Assembly (NCBI RefSeq): GCF_001194135.2
Contig: NC_068987.1
Location: 69,894,236 to 69,958,235, forward strand
Direction of reading: 5' to 3'
Length of the DNA stretch: 64,000 nt
Origin: Octopus bimaculoides
Lineage: Eukaryota
Shown here: piece by piece, positions 13,151 to 25,439 of the stretch
How the letters are laid out: every line of letters begins with the position of its first letter
Position numbering within the stretch: position 1 is the stretch's first letter
Position numbers and translations under genes: made by a program
Notes under the pieces: generated by a model
The model's database searches: none
What the model was told of the DNA's origin: nothing
What the model saw: only the letters and a program-made list of their open reading frames with translations

Positions 13151-15708
13151 CCTCAGGACAACAGATGTAAAATGTACAAAATAAAATAACAATAAATATT
13201 TTTTTTTTTTTTAACGATGCGAAAAAAATTCATTTCATATTTCTTATCCCAGGAAGAAAAATGTAATTTAGCTTTCTTTCCTAACAAACCATTATTGTAT
13301 GACAATAAAAAAAAACTAGGGCGAATTTATTTATTGCTTTCCTACTTTTCATGCTTTCATCATTTATTTCGCGGTGCAAGTGACGATAGTGACAACGGGG
13401 GTGGTTGTTGAAGGTGCTTTGTTGTTATAATTGTACGTATGTACGCAAGTGTACATCTATGTATGTATGTATGTATGCATGCATGTATGTATGTATGTAT
13501 GTATGTGAGTGTGTACGTATTATGAGAGTGTACGTGTGTATGCACACACAAACATACGAATATTAATCAATAGAACATGTGACCCGACACAATTTTAGAA
13601 TGTATCTTGATGAAAAGTAGTGACAGAGAAAGTAACGTTTGCAGCAGTTACTAAAAAAATGTCCTTCTGTTTGCAAGTCTGCGTGATTGTCTGATTGCTT
13701 GCCCGTGCTTTCATGACTACGTACGCAAGTATATAGGGAGAGACTGATTGAAACAGTGTAAGAGAGAGAGAGGGGGAGAGAGAGAGAGAGCGCGTGTGTG
13801 TATGTGTGTTGTAGTGAGAAGGGTAAAATATAATTACATATTTTGAAATAAAGGCTGAAAATCAGATAAATACAGAAATTGATAGGTTTTCAGGAACTGA
13901 AGTGACCGGTGGACATTTTTGCATATGCATCTATATGAGAGTGCGCATATGCGTTAATTTGTATGTCCTTGTGTCTGTGTGAGTATTTTTGTCTGTGTAC
14001 ATATTCCATAAAATAATAAATTAGAACTCATGAATCAAGTTTTTACCTTTGACTTCAAATCGTTTAACTCAAGCGCATGAGAAATGAATCTTGCAACAAC
14101 GTTCTCAGAAACTCTGGTACAAATTCACAAAAAATAACCATTAAGAATTAATTTCGAAGAGACAACGAAATATTTATGTTGAATATGGACTTATATCATA
14201 TGATTTATTATGTGCTAAGCAAATCCATTTGCAACTTCCTAATTTAGATCACATATTTTTACGACACGTATCCAAAGAACGTTATAAGTGGGGCAATAGT
14301 TTGACTCTAAATTTTAGTGAGGGTATTACTGATTGAAGTGATACCAGGAAATTTAAAACGAAATCAGGCTCTAAGGACATTGAATCTATATCAAAGAAAT
14401 ATGTAACTAAATTTATGTTAGTATCCTAAAAGATGCGTTTTGATAACATCAGAGGGGGCGTCACGGGTATAAAAAATTGCAAAAAGTGTCTTAACTGAAG
14501 CCAAATGTTACCAAATCAAGTCTAGAATATTGTTTTGCTAAACAGATTCGAAACTTCTGAGAGGAAGTTATCTCCTGACAGGAAACCTGGTCTGTAATCT
14601 TGAAACAGCATGGTTACAGCTTAATGAATTTATGAGATAGATGGTGGTGATAGATTGGGTGAGGAATTTCCTCTTTGCTAATTAATATCTTTAGGTCATG
14701 ACAAGCCTGTATTAAATGCATTGAATCTGTTGGAATGTAAACCGAACACAAGGACAGTTTTCGACTTAAATGACAAGGAATATCTGTAAGACAGGGAAAA
14801 TAGGTTGTAAGGACTTTCGAATATTTCTCCAGTGACATTGGCTATGTAAATAAATAGAAATATCTTCAACAGTGTATACAAACTATAGTGTAATCTCAGT
14901 TTGTCAAGATCTTAACTTTCTGCTTTAAGACACAAAATAGATCAAAACAAAAATATATTTTGACAGTAATTGTTAAGTAAATGAAAAAGAAGGTGTTTCA
15001 GGCAAAAACAGCAGAAGAAAAGAAAAGAAAAATTGAAAAAAAATGTGTGTATCTGTATCTCGACAGGTTGGGATCCACTGTTCTAGAATATATTTATAGT
15101 TAAATTTATACTGAGTATATATTTGTTCACCCCAGCATATATTATTGCAAAAGCACCATAGAAAATTAATGAGAAATTTGGTAACACTGCTTTGATTTCG
15201 AACGTAAAGCACTGTGCATTTTTGTATTCAAATTTAAATCTAAAAATTATATAGAAATAAAATGTTTAGCTTCTATAGCCTAACTTTAAACAATATGCTG
15301 GACTACAAAACACTATCGATAAGTGAGGTGGTACAGCAATGTTCAAGATCTGGCTGGATCCATCTTCCATGCTTTTACTGCGCCCAACTACCGGTTGTAT
15401 AGAAACAGACTAGAGAATGGGGAGCGTTAAAGAATTGATTATCTTTTTCATATCATGCACGTAATCAATGCATACCAGTATACATTGTGTGCTCTTCAGT
15501 TCCTAAGCTGCATAGTATATATGTAACATTCGACATGTTGATAACATGTAGTCAGTCTATTAAGTACATGTACGAACGAGATTTACTCGGGCAGAGCTAA
15601 CCTGGGAATACACAAGAACATGGACATGGCAATTTCCATTTACTCATTTCTTAAACTAATTTCATTTGTCTCGTCTAACTGCAGAAGATTTCACGGAATT
15701 AATATATT

Positions 15709-15918
15709 CTTTTCTTCTCTAGGCACAAGGCCCGAAATTTTAGGAGAGGGTGGGGCAGTCGATTATATCAACTCCAGTACGCAACTGGTACTTAGTTTAT
15801 CGACTCTGAAAGGATAAGAGAAAAAGACGACTTTGGCGGAATTTGAACTCAGAACGTAAAGACAGACGAAATACTGCTAAGCATTTCTCCCGGCGTGCTA
15901 ACGATTCTGCCAGCTCAC
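15709..15918 (-). mobile_element. SINE family A, full length
   Basis: High similarity to 4770..4975, with intact A- and B-box-like motifs. Confidence 0.92.
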
Positions 15919-15936
15919 GGCCTTGCGGGTTATATA

Positions 15937-16110
15937 TATTCTTTTCTACTCTAGGCACAAAACCCAAAATTTTGGGGGAGGAGCGCCAGTTGATTAGATC
16001 TACCCCAGTACGCAACTGGTACTTAATTTATCGACCTCGAAAGGATGAAAGGAAAAGTCGACTTCGACGGAATTTGAACTCAGAACATAAAGACAGACGA
16101 AATACCGCTG
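15937..16110 (-). mobile_element. SINE family A, 5'-truncated
   Basis: Same body and tail as the neighbouring copy. It stops at gaaataccgct, so about 40 nt of head are missing. Confidence 0.9.
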
Positions 16111-16177
16111 CCTTCACGGAATCTATATATTAAACAACCCCTACGTTCGATAACGTATGAGCTATTATTAAGAAGTA

Positions 16178-16525
16178 CACGGGCTGGACAAAATAATGGA
16201 AACACCTAGCATTATAGCATCATAATTTTGAAATATCTATAAAACCATCAAAAGCTTATTTATTTGTGTGGTTTATGGTTTATCATTAGTGTTGCTTAAT
16301 ATGTTTTGCTAAAATTGCTGTTTCTTTTCAGATATCATCAGAAAAAGGTAACTAAAATTCATTAAAATGACAGAGTTATCGGACTTTCAAAGAGATCAAA
16401 TTGTTGGTGCTTGCTTGACGAAAACAGCCAAAATGTTTAGTGTATCAAGAAGTACCGTCTCGAAAGTAATGACAGCTTTTGGGAAAGAGGGAAAAACTTC
16501 CTCATCGAAACAAAACTCTGGAAGA
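16178..16525 (+). mobile_element. Tc1-family transposon 5' fragment (left TIR plus transposase N-terminal HTH)
   Basis: TA followed by cacgggctggacaaaataatggaaacacc (Tc1-type TIR). ORF from 16367 reads MTELSDFQRDQIVGA..TAKMFSVSRSTVSKVMTAFGKEGKTSSSKQNSGR, a typical Tc1 paired-like HTH, and is truncated at 16525. Confidence 0.88.
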
Positions 16526-17789
16526 GTAGTTCTGACATTTCTTTTGTTAAATCCAAGTCTCTAACTAAATCATTTAACTCAAGTTGACTTCATAAATGAG
16601 GGATTTTTTGAAAATCCTGGGTCATCCTAGTGTTCTGCGGTATCACTCGACACGCCTTCAATTGTAGTAGATGCAGCACTCTCTTCACTTAAACTATCTT
16701 TGTCAAAAGATGAAGGCGGTTTTAGAACTGAAATATTTTCAGCAGCATGAACAACTTGTTTTAAAGCTGAAAGGCGATCTGGATAAATAATCTTGAATTT
16801 GTTCTTCTTAGAGAAACCTGTGATGTTAGTTAAGCAGAAATAACAATGGGTATAGTGGTTTGTTGGTTCGCACTTTATCATTAGCAAATCACATACTTTT
16901 CCGTTTACCATTCAGCCATTGGGTTAGTGCTATGTAGCAGTTTTTGCAACAAGCATGAGGTGCCCGCAGTTTATCTTGGTCCCCAACTTTTCACCCAAAG
17001 TAAAGCTTGTAAGCATTTAACAATTTCTTTGTAAGCTTATTTCTCTAATCTTTTGGCGTAAATTTTCCACACACTTAACAAAAGCTGTCCGGGAGATTAA
17101 CACAAACTTTTTTGCTCATCATAAATACATGTAATAACCTAAATCAACACGCAAGGAAGCTTATTAGTAAACTAAAATATGAAATTAATCAACGGTAAAT
17201 GTTACTGTATATTTCTCAAAAAAAAAAAAAAAAATCATTGAAATTATTATAGAATGTAGTGAAGCTATGGCTATCATGAAAGAATTTTTTCCATCTCTAA
17301 ATTTCAAACATTGATCACTTTAATAACTAAACTTACTACTAAACTACTTTCCATATAACCTGGCTCTCTTATTTGATGTACTTTGTTTAAACAGCACTAG
17401 CAGTTAACAAGGAAAGGGAGTCTGAGGGGCTTACTATAACCCAATATCAATAGCCTACTGTGAGGAGAACCTTACTATAATTACTGCGATAACAAAGTGA
17501 AATAAATTCTCATCTTGTGTAGCAATTTAACAGGTAGACTACATGTCCCTCTATCAGCGCATATTTTTGTTTCAGTGATGAGTATGTGAATGAAAATCGA
17601 AAGCAAATAGCCTACTACTTTGTCAATATTATCAATTGGTTGGAAAATCTTATGCTGTGAGTAGCAAAATATACTACACCTACTGTCTGAAAACTGATGT
17701 CAAATTCGGATTCAGCACCCTAAAATTATCCGAAGTCAGCTGATAATGTTTAAATAGCACGACTAAGTTTTTTTTGTTGTTGTCCCGTG
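16526..17789 (-). mobile_element. DNA transposon 5' half, probably CMC/Chapaev-3-like; transposase pseudogene
   Basis: Minus strand from ATG 17119 reads MSKKVCVNLPDSFC*VCGKFTPKD..AYKLYFG*KVGDQDKLRAPHACCKNC..EPTNHYTHCYFCLTNITGFSKKNK..YP..PHL*SQLELNDLVRDLDLTKEMSELL. The putative 5' terminus CACGGGACAAC..ggtgctgaatccgaatttgac is at 17789 next to TTA. It is clearly a transposase; the superfamily name is recalled from memory. Confidence 0.8.
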
Positions 17790-19159
17790 TTATTCATAAC
17801 AATTTGTAGACACGATCTCACGCAAACACACACACACACACACTGATATGTGTGTGCATGCATGTATGTATGTATGTGTGTGAGTGTGTGTGTTTTGTGT
17901 GTGTGTATACATACATATATATGCGTGCTTGTATATTTCTATGATGAACAATAATGCACATAGTTGTTGGTGTTGTTGTTGATACTGTTACCGCTGTACA
18001 AACGCAGGTCATTCATGATGAAGTAGAGTTGTGATCAAAATGCGTTCCAGCATTGATAGTCAAATTTTTAAATATATTTTTGCATATCAGGGTCATTTCC
18101 CAATGTGCCCTTATTTTGTAAGAACAACAAAGCGTAAAATGAAAGGGATTTCGCTGTTATTTATAGCAAGTCAATCACATATGCAAAGGAACTTTTGTTT
18201 GCTCCACAGATATATATTTGCTTGCGTATACGTCATATATGTCTGAATCGTGAGAAGTTGTACTTATGAATTTTGTATTTGTATTATATGTCCCTTTGTA
18301 TGTAGAGACGTGTTAACCTGAACACAGCTTCGCGTACGTGTATGATGGTGTGTAAAAGAGAGAAATAGATATAGACAGACAGACAGACAGATAGAGAGAT
18401 AAATAGATAGATAAATACATAGATAGATAGATAGGTAGATAGGTAGACAGGGGGAGAGAGAAAGAGAGAAATCTGTAGTATTATTTTCTCTGTTTGTATT
18501 TATAAATGTGCATGATTTTCTAAGAATATCCTACATTATGTTTACGCGTGCGTAAATGCGTATGAGCTTGTATTTGTGCTTGTTTACGTGTGTCTGTGCG
18601 TGTGTGCATGTCTGTGTGTGTATTTGTGAGTGTGTGTGTTTGTGTTTATTTGTGTGTATGAACTATATGTGTCTCACATTAAACTTTTATTCGTGTTTCC
18701 TTGAACATTTGCCGCATTACGTGTGTGTGCGTAAATGTGCGTAAGTTCCGTGTTATTGAGTGTAAATATTTGATGTGCCTGTAAGTTTCTATACGTGTGT
18801 GTAAGTATGTAGTATTCGTAGCCGTTTTCCCTGAAGATTTCTAAGATAATGTGCGTATGTGTATAGATATATGCGTTTGTGTTCGCTCGCGTTGGTGTAT
18901 GTTTCAGTTTATAGAATAGGTGTGTTGTATTTTACCATTTGTAACTTTGCATGTGTATAATCAGGCACCTGTGTGGGATGGGGTGCATATGTATGTATAT
19001 GTGTGAGGGAGTGTGTATGATGTGTGTTTTTATTTTAAGTATTCGATACCGTTGTTCTTTAACGACGGGTCAGCCCTGGTCGAGTAGACTTGCCATCATA
19101 AGCATTCTAGCCATGATACTTTAATTGTGAATACGTTAATTAATAACTACTTTCACTTA

Positions 19160-19360
19160 AAGGCTGTGAGCAGGCAGAATCGTTAGCACGCCGGGCAAAA
19201 TGCTTACTGGTATTTCGTCCGTCTTTATTTTCTCAGTTCAAATTATGCCGACATCGACTTTGCCTTTCATCCTTTCGGGATCGATAAAATAACTATCTCC
19301 TGAGCCCTGAATGTAGATGTAATCAAGTATCCCCATCGCTGATAATTTCAGATAAGTTCA
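19160..19360 (+). mobile_element. SINE family A
   Basis: ggcagaatcgttagcacgccgggcaaaatgcttactggtatttcgtccgtc...cagttcaaattatgccgacatcgactttgcctttcatcctttcggg. Confidence 0.88.
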
Positions 19361-20822
19361 GACCTATAGTAATACATCCTTCCATTTGTTGAAGACATTA
19401 AAATGAGATTTAAGAAACAATTGGCTGCTATTTCTAACAAATCCGGCAACCAGCGGAACCTGCCTTGCGTATCCATGTTTTTGTCTATGTAAGTTGCTGG
19501 AGTATAGTTATCATATGTATAATAGATATATGTGCATTGTTATTCGTCTGAATTTACGTCTCGCTGTCAGCATGACCCTCAGCGTAACTGCGTGTATATA
19601 TGTATGTGCGAGTCCTTATGCATATTTGTACCGTTTCATCTCTTTAAAGATTGCGTTTGTAATACAACATGAATCTCAAATATTAAATATATATATGTAC
19701 GAGTGCGCATGCACGACGGTCTATGTTTGCATGTATGTATTGATGTCTGCATGTATGTATGAATAAATGAATACATGTATATATGTCTGTGTTCGTTTTT
19801 ATTTGTGTGCAGTACATGAGATGGCTTGTGTGTGTGTGTGTGTGTGAATGCTTTTGTTTATGACAAAACGTATTTCTATTAACGGTTACGTATTTATCCA
19901 TTTGTGTTTTATTCGTTTTCACTTCGTCTGTTTTTATTCGTGCATATGCTTGTGTGTATGCATGAGGGTGAGTGTCTGTCTGTGTGTGCTTGTTCTTGTT
20001 CGTGCATGCTCTCTCGCTCGCGTGTGCGACTGACTTGATTGATTATACTAATAAGAACCTTTTAAGTCGGATTATTGGACAGTCTCCCATGTGAAGTCGT
20101 TGTTATATGGGACGCTCCAGATCCGGGCCAATAGCGGCAACATACACCGGCACCTTGATCAAACAAACTACGTTAAATAATCGTTTGCGAAACATAATGA
20201 AAGTTATTACGACATCATAGCTGATATCCGTGGGAGGTCGTGGAGTCATAAGGTCAGCAACTAGAATATATACATACATATGTATGTGTGTGTTCGTGTG
20301 TGTCTGTATGTTCGTTTTTGTGTGTGAGTGTGTATGTGTGTAAACGCAAAATGTGGACATGTACACAAGTAAACAAATATTAATACAAATATAATTTCGA
20401 GAACAAAAAACATCGTAACTTCACATAGAATGTAAAAAAACCCCCAAAAACAAAGGAAAATAAAAGAATATAAGTTCTTCATCACAAAAGACAACAACAG
20501 CAATTAACTGAGTAATAAAGTGGCGCTACGCAGAGCGAGGGATAAACTATTAGATATCAGAGAATTCACGAAGCAGATTATATCTCCGATCTAGACTATG
20601 TTGTTCGTACACGTAGTTAATGCTGTTGGGAAAGGCATAACATTTGCCAAACTTATCGCTTAAAATATAGGAACTTCATAAAAGATTGCTCGAAAGAACT
20701 AGATGATTTACCGAAAAATAGCATTTATGCGTGGAATCATGCGTGATATTTTAATTTTATTTCAATAGAATAAAAATGGTGGCGGTGGCGTTGCTGCTTT
20801 AAGTGAGCTGATTGTCATACAT

Positions 20823-21210
20823 GGAGACGCAATGGCCCAGTGTTTAGGGCAGCGGACTCGCGGTCATAGGATCGCGGTTTCGATTCCCAGACCGGGCGTT
20901 GTAAGTGTTTATTGAGCGAAAACACCTAAAGCTCCACGAGACTCCGGCAGGGGATAGTGGCGAACCCTGCTGTACTCTTTCACCACAACTTTCTCTCGCT
21001 CTTACTTCCTGTTTCTGTTGTGCCTGTAATTCAAAGGGTCAGCTTTGTCACACTGTGTCACGCTGAATATCCCCGAGAACTACGTTAAGGGTACACGTGT
21101 CTGTAGAGTGCTCAGCCACTTGCACGTTAATTTCACGAGCAGGCTGTTCCGTTGATTGAATCAACTGGAACCCTCGACGTCGTAAGCGACGGAGTGCCAA
21201 CAAAAACAAC
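20823..21210 (+). mobile_element. tRNA-derived SINE, working family B, full length with TSD
   Basis: Head ggagacgcaatggcccagtgtttagggcagcggactcgcgg..ggtttcgattccc (A/B boxes) and tail gacggagtgccaacaaaaacaac. Flanked by the direct repeat tcatacatg. Highly similar to 44298..44679. Confidence 0.93.
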
Positions 21211-21409
21211 ATTCATACATGTCACACGAAATTTCCGTTCACGAAATTGGAACAAAATGATTCAAGGAAAAAAGCAAGAAAAATTCAAATTTGTTGCGAA
21301 CCTAATTCCTTTTTAACTTTTTTTCTATTGTGGACGAACAGTAATGGTCACATAAGAACAATATATCAGATAGGTAAGAAATTTCTCGTATTTTATAAGG
21401 AGAACAAAT

Positions 21410-21655
21410 GGGACGTACTGCCGCTATCATCTAGACGAGTTTACTCAGACATTTTTAACCTCTTACACGCCAGCATTTTCCATCCTGAGGCAGGTTTTCA
21501 GGGAGGCATCCAGTGTCACTGGTGAGACGATCTACATACGTTGTGTTCGGAGAACCAGCAATAGTTCACTTACCAGCTCTTGTTTAGTTCATCAGCAATG
21601 TCCCACAAAGAGCAATCGCCTTTCTCTTATGATGGAGGATAGAGGCAGGACATAC
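21410..21655 (-). mobile_element. RTE-clade LINE 3' fragment (decayed)
   Basis: Minus translation LPLSSIIRERRLLFVGHC**TKQELVSELLL..TTYVDRLTSDTGCLPENLPQ resembles the RTE ORF C-terminus (RRLRFAGHC..TYIDQL..DTG). Confidence 0.7.
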
Positions 21656-21954
21656 TGACGCTCATATCTTTATATCAGATATTTACCATTTAAGCAATGT
21701 GTCGACTTCTGTTGAGTTACATCGAACACAATTATAGAAACATTATATATACAGTGAATTATAGTTTTGCGTTGTATTTTTCTATCACTATTTCTTTCAT
21801 ATTTGATAATAACTGAGATCACTGCCCCGCAGAGAAACACTTTTGATTCAAGCGCTTAACGACCTTTAACACACCAAAAAAGTCCTAGGGAAATTTGTTT
21901 CGGACTCTCAACCTAAGGCTTGATGAAGAAAGGTATTATAAAACAGATCACACC

Positions 21955-22030
21955 ACTTTATCTTATTGACCTATGAAGACTGGGAGACAAAACTGTCCTC
22001 GGGGGAATTTCACCCGGAGCGTTACAGGTA
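21955..22030 (-). mobile_element. SINE family A remnant
   Basis: actttatcttattgacctatgaagactgggagacaaaactgtcctcgggggaatttcacccggagcg aligns loosely to the family A core. Confidence 0.4.
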
Positions 22031-22929
22031 AGAATTAAATTCACAAGACATGCAGTCTACCTAAATGATGTGAAATGTTTATAAAACTATATTCCAAGAA
22101 CGGGGAATTGTATAAGCTGATATTTATATCCTGAAGTGTGTGGTATAACTTAAGTTTGTTTGCATGAAGTGAGAATAAAAACCTGACCATGATCTCTACT
22201 TACGATGAGCTCATTCCTTTTCTTGTTTAATTTCTTCTAGTATAAAATTCTTTTGCATTTAACACTTTTCTGGCTCTAGGTTTCAAATGTGATATGAAAG
22301 ACATATTTCATTGGCGTTCATACATCGTATATGATGCACACTACCAATGCTTTTCAACCACCAGCGTAACTTCGGACTTATGGAAGGAAAGCTTTAGACT
22401 AACTGAGAACGCACAGCGTACAGTTTGACTAAATGTCTGAAAACAAGCATGGACCTTTAAGACAAACTTATGAAAGTTATTTGCATAGGCAATGAGTTAA
22501 AACATGAACATGAGCAATTAAGATGTCCATGATTTTCCACGACTTAGACATAGTTTAAATGATACGGCATTGACTCCCTTCCAAAAAAGCAGCATATCAA
22601 AGGAACAGAATGAACATTTTTGTAAAGAGAAGAGAATAATCGATTGAAATTTATTTAATTTACTTTAAAGGTAAAAAAGAAACTTTGTCGCTTTAAAATA
22701 TCGATAGTAATGAAATAATAAAACAAACATAATAAAAACAAAAAAACAAAAAGGAAGAATATTCATCTGTGGTGTTGTTCAGCCATATTTAAGAGACAGC
22801 ATAAACTATAAAATAAATATTTGGCTTTATTACACTGGCATAAAACCCTAGAGCTCATATTCTAACTGTAATTTTATTTATTCATATGCTTCGGAAAGTC
22901 TAGTAGAATATGTATGACATTTCTACACA

Positions 22930-23210
22930 ACTTGTATTTTATCGACCTGAAAGAAAATAGTTTCAGAAGACAAAATAGGATCATTGAATTTTGAACTCAA
23001 AGTTTAGTGGGATGTAGCTAAACATTGTGAAGATATCATAACGATTTCAAATTTTGGTACAGGGATAGCAAATTCGACCCCATTGTTCAACTGTAATCCT
23101 TTTGTCGACCTTCAAAGGTTGAAAGGCAAAGTCGACCTCGGTGGAATTTGAATTCAGAACGTAAAGCCGGACGAAATACTGCTAAATATTTTGTCCAGCG
23201 TGCTAACGAT
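22930..23210 (-). mobile_element. SINE family A doublet (degenerate 22930-23040 plus 23046-23210)
   Basis: ttttatcgacctgaaag..ttttgaactcaaag, then tttcaaattttggtac..aaaggcaaagtcgacctcggtggaatttgaattcagaacgtaaag..cagcgtgctaacgatc. Confidence 0.75.
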
Positions 23211-23685
23211 CCATAATATCTCAGAAACAGCTGTAAGACTATATCTATATCTCTTTGCTATATCTATATCTCTTTCCTATATCTATATCGCTTCGTTTTG
23301 TTATTGTTTTTGTCTAATATATATATATGCATGTGTACGTGCGTATGTGGATATGTGTGTATGTATACGTGCATACACATATATGTTTGCGTGTGTGTAT
23401 TGTATGTACATATACAACTTTGTGTAAGTGTGTACTTATCTAGACGTTGTGAACGCAGGTGGTTTATGTCTATGTATTGTGAAAATATGGTTGCGTGTAT
23501 TCATTATTTTTCTGTTTTCTATTTTCTTTTTCTACTTATAAGAGTAACTCCCCTTTCATTCAACGGTTTTTCATAGCGTTTGTTGCCATTAGTAGCCGAC
23601 GAGAAGGCATGGTAGCTCTTCGCCTCGACATTCGAAAATCCGAGTATTCTAATGACAACATTTTATTGTTTGCTCTAAATTACAA

Positions 23686-23692
23686 CACACAC

Positions 23693-23760
<68 letters not shown>
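23686..23760. repeat. (CA)n
   Basis: Direct reading. Confidence 0.95.
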
Positions 23761-23763
<3 letters not shown>

Positions 23764-24169
23764 GTATGGGGTTAATTTCATAAGTGATTTAAACGATTAG
23801 GCACGCTATGTAAGTGCTGTAACGGATTACTTGGGCTCCAAGGTTATAGGCGAGACAGTAGTTATGGAGTCATTGCAGATCTCCGGTGAAGCGAATATAT
23901 AATTGTTAAAGAGGACATATAATTGTTGACCCTCGTAGAACTGATATCTGCAAGTTCAGATCTGAGACAGACTGACGGCTGCAAGCCCAATGCAGAGGAT
24001 TCAACGTCGTATAACAATGCACCGTTCATAACATAGTAAATGACTCCTGTAGCTACTACATTGGACCTAGGTGAAATTTTAGACAAAGATATTATGAACA
24101 CATAATCTCGTTTAAATATAAAGAGAATAGCAATTCCACATCACTAGCCAGCCACGTACACCATTTATT

Positions 24170-25030
24170 TAATAGAAAAATACAATATAAACTTTTCTAG
24201 GCTATAATAGACTCGAGTATACTATGTAAGGACCAACACTCCAGTTGTGGACTTTGCTTAGGAGAAGCCCTCAAAATTTTAACCCACAACTTCACACAAT
24301 TGCTTAATAAATACAACGATGTCTTCACTACGTGTAAGCACAAACATCTCCCACACTTTTAAATTCTTTCATAAATCTTAATGTAAGTTCACCCCACCCA
24401 CGAATACCACCACTATGATCATTAACACATACCCTTCTATATCTATTCTATCTCTCCTATATCCCTATATCTGTTATTTTCACCTTATCTCTTACGTCAT
24501 CACTTTATGAGATAAATATTAATAATTTAATTTATCCTTAATTTATTTTTAAATCTTAACCCAATAAATCCCATAATATCTAATTATAACTCCCACTCAT
24601 AAATAAGTTAACATTCAACTAGCTCTTCCATTCTCGACTACCTACACACCCATAACCCCATTACTAAAAATAACCCTACAGCCACTTCTTAGCCAGAACG
24701 GACACAAGTATTTACTACTAAATTTTCTCTCCAACACCTATAGACTTTAAGATTACCACCGACACCAACTACACTCTTTAAATTCCTTTCATTTTGCTCT
24801 ATTTTTTGTACCCTATCTTCCTCTACCCCTCATCCTCTCTCTTATCTTCTCGGCTACCCCGTACACAATTCTTAGACACCGTACGCCTATACACCTTACT
24901 TTATCCTAAGGCCAATCCTTAATTTCCCCCTCACTCTATCTACCTCTCTTTCTATTTATTTTCTTTTCTTTCCTTTTACCATTTAATAACCACCTCCGCT
25001 ACCATTCTGTTATTAAACATTGATATGTTC
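24170..25030 (+). mobile_element. Penelope-like element 3' remnant (GIY-YIG endonuclease C-terminus plus C/T-rich 3' region)
   Basis: The frame ending at TAA 24360-24362 reads SSCGLCLGEALKILTHNFTQLLNKYNDVFTTCKHKHL, matching the PLE motif CxLCxxE..LLNKR.E...C(R/K)H. The extent of the downstream boundary is uncertain. Confidence 0.65.
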
Positions 25031-25439
25031 GCCTCTTTTTTTTCTCTGGATGTTTACTATATCAGGTTTTTAACCCATATGGATCTATGCAGGATTGTAC
25101 CCAAGAATTAATATTTCTACGCAGGATTGAACTTATCCTCTTATTTCTGCCACATCGGAAAGTTGGACTATAAAATTTTATGCTTCTTTTTTTTCTTCTC
25201 TCCCAATTTACTTTTTTTTTTTACTACCTTCCTCTGTCGTCATCTCATTAATATATCCCATTCTCATTTTCCCTATTTTTCTCTATTTGTCTCTGATGAC
25301 AGAATATCCCACACTCGAGGATATCCATGAAACAACTGTAAAACTTTGAACTTTTTTCCAATAATAATATTGTATAGGGCTTGAGATGTTTGCCTTGCCT
25401 TAATGTTTGTTGCCGTCTTTAACAATTACCAAAAGTCTA

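Noticed and set aside
20823-20895. tRNA genes at the SINE heads
   Set aside because: A/B boxes are present, but there is no complete cloverleaf and each head continues into a SINE body.
23862-24101. 79-aa minus ORF in a GC-richer patch
   Set aside because: No recognisable domain or splice context; a chance ORF of this length is expected.
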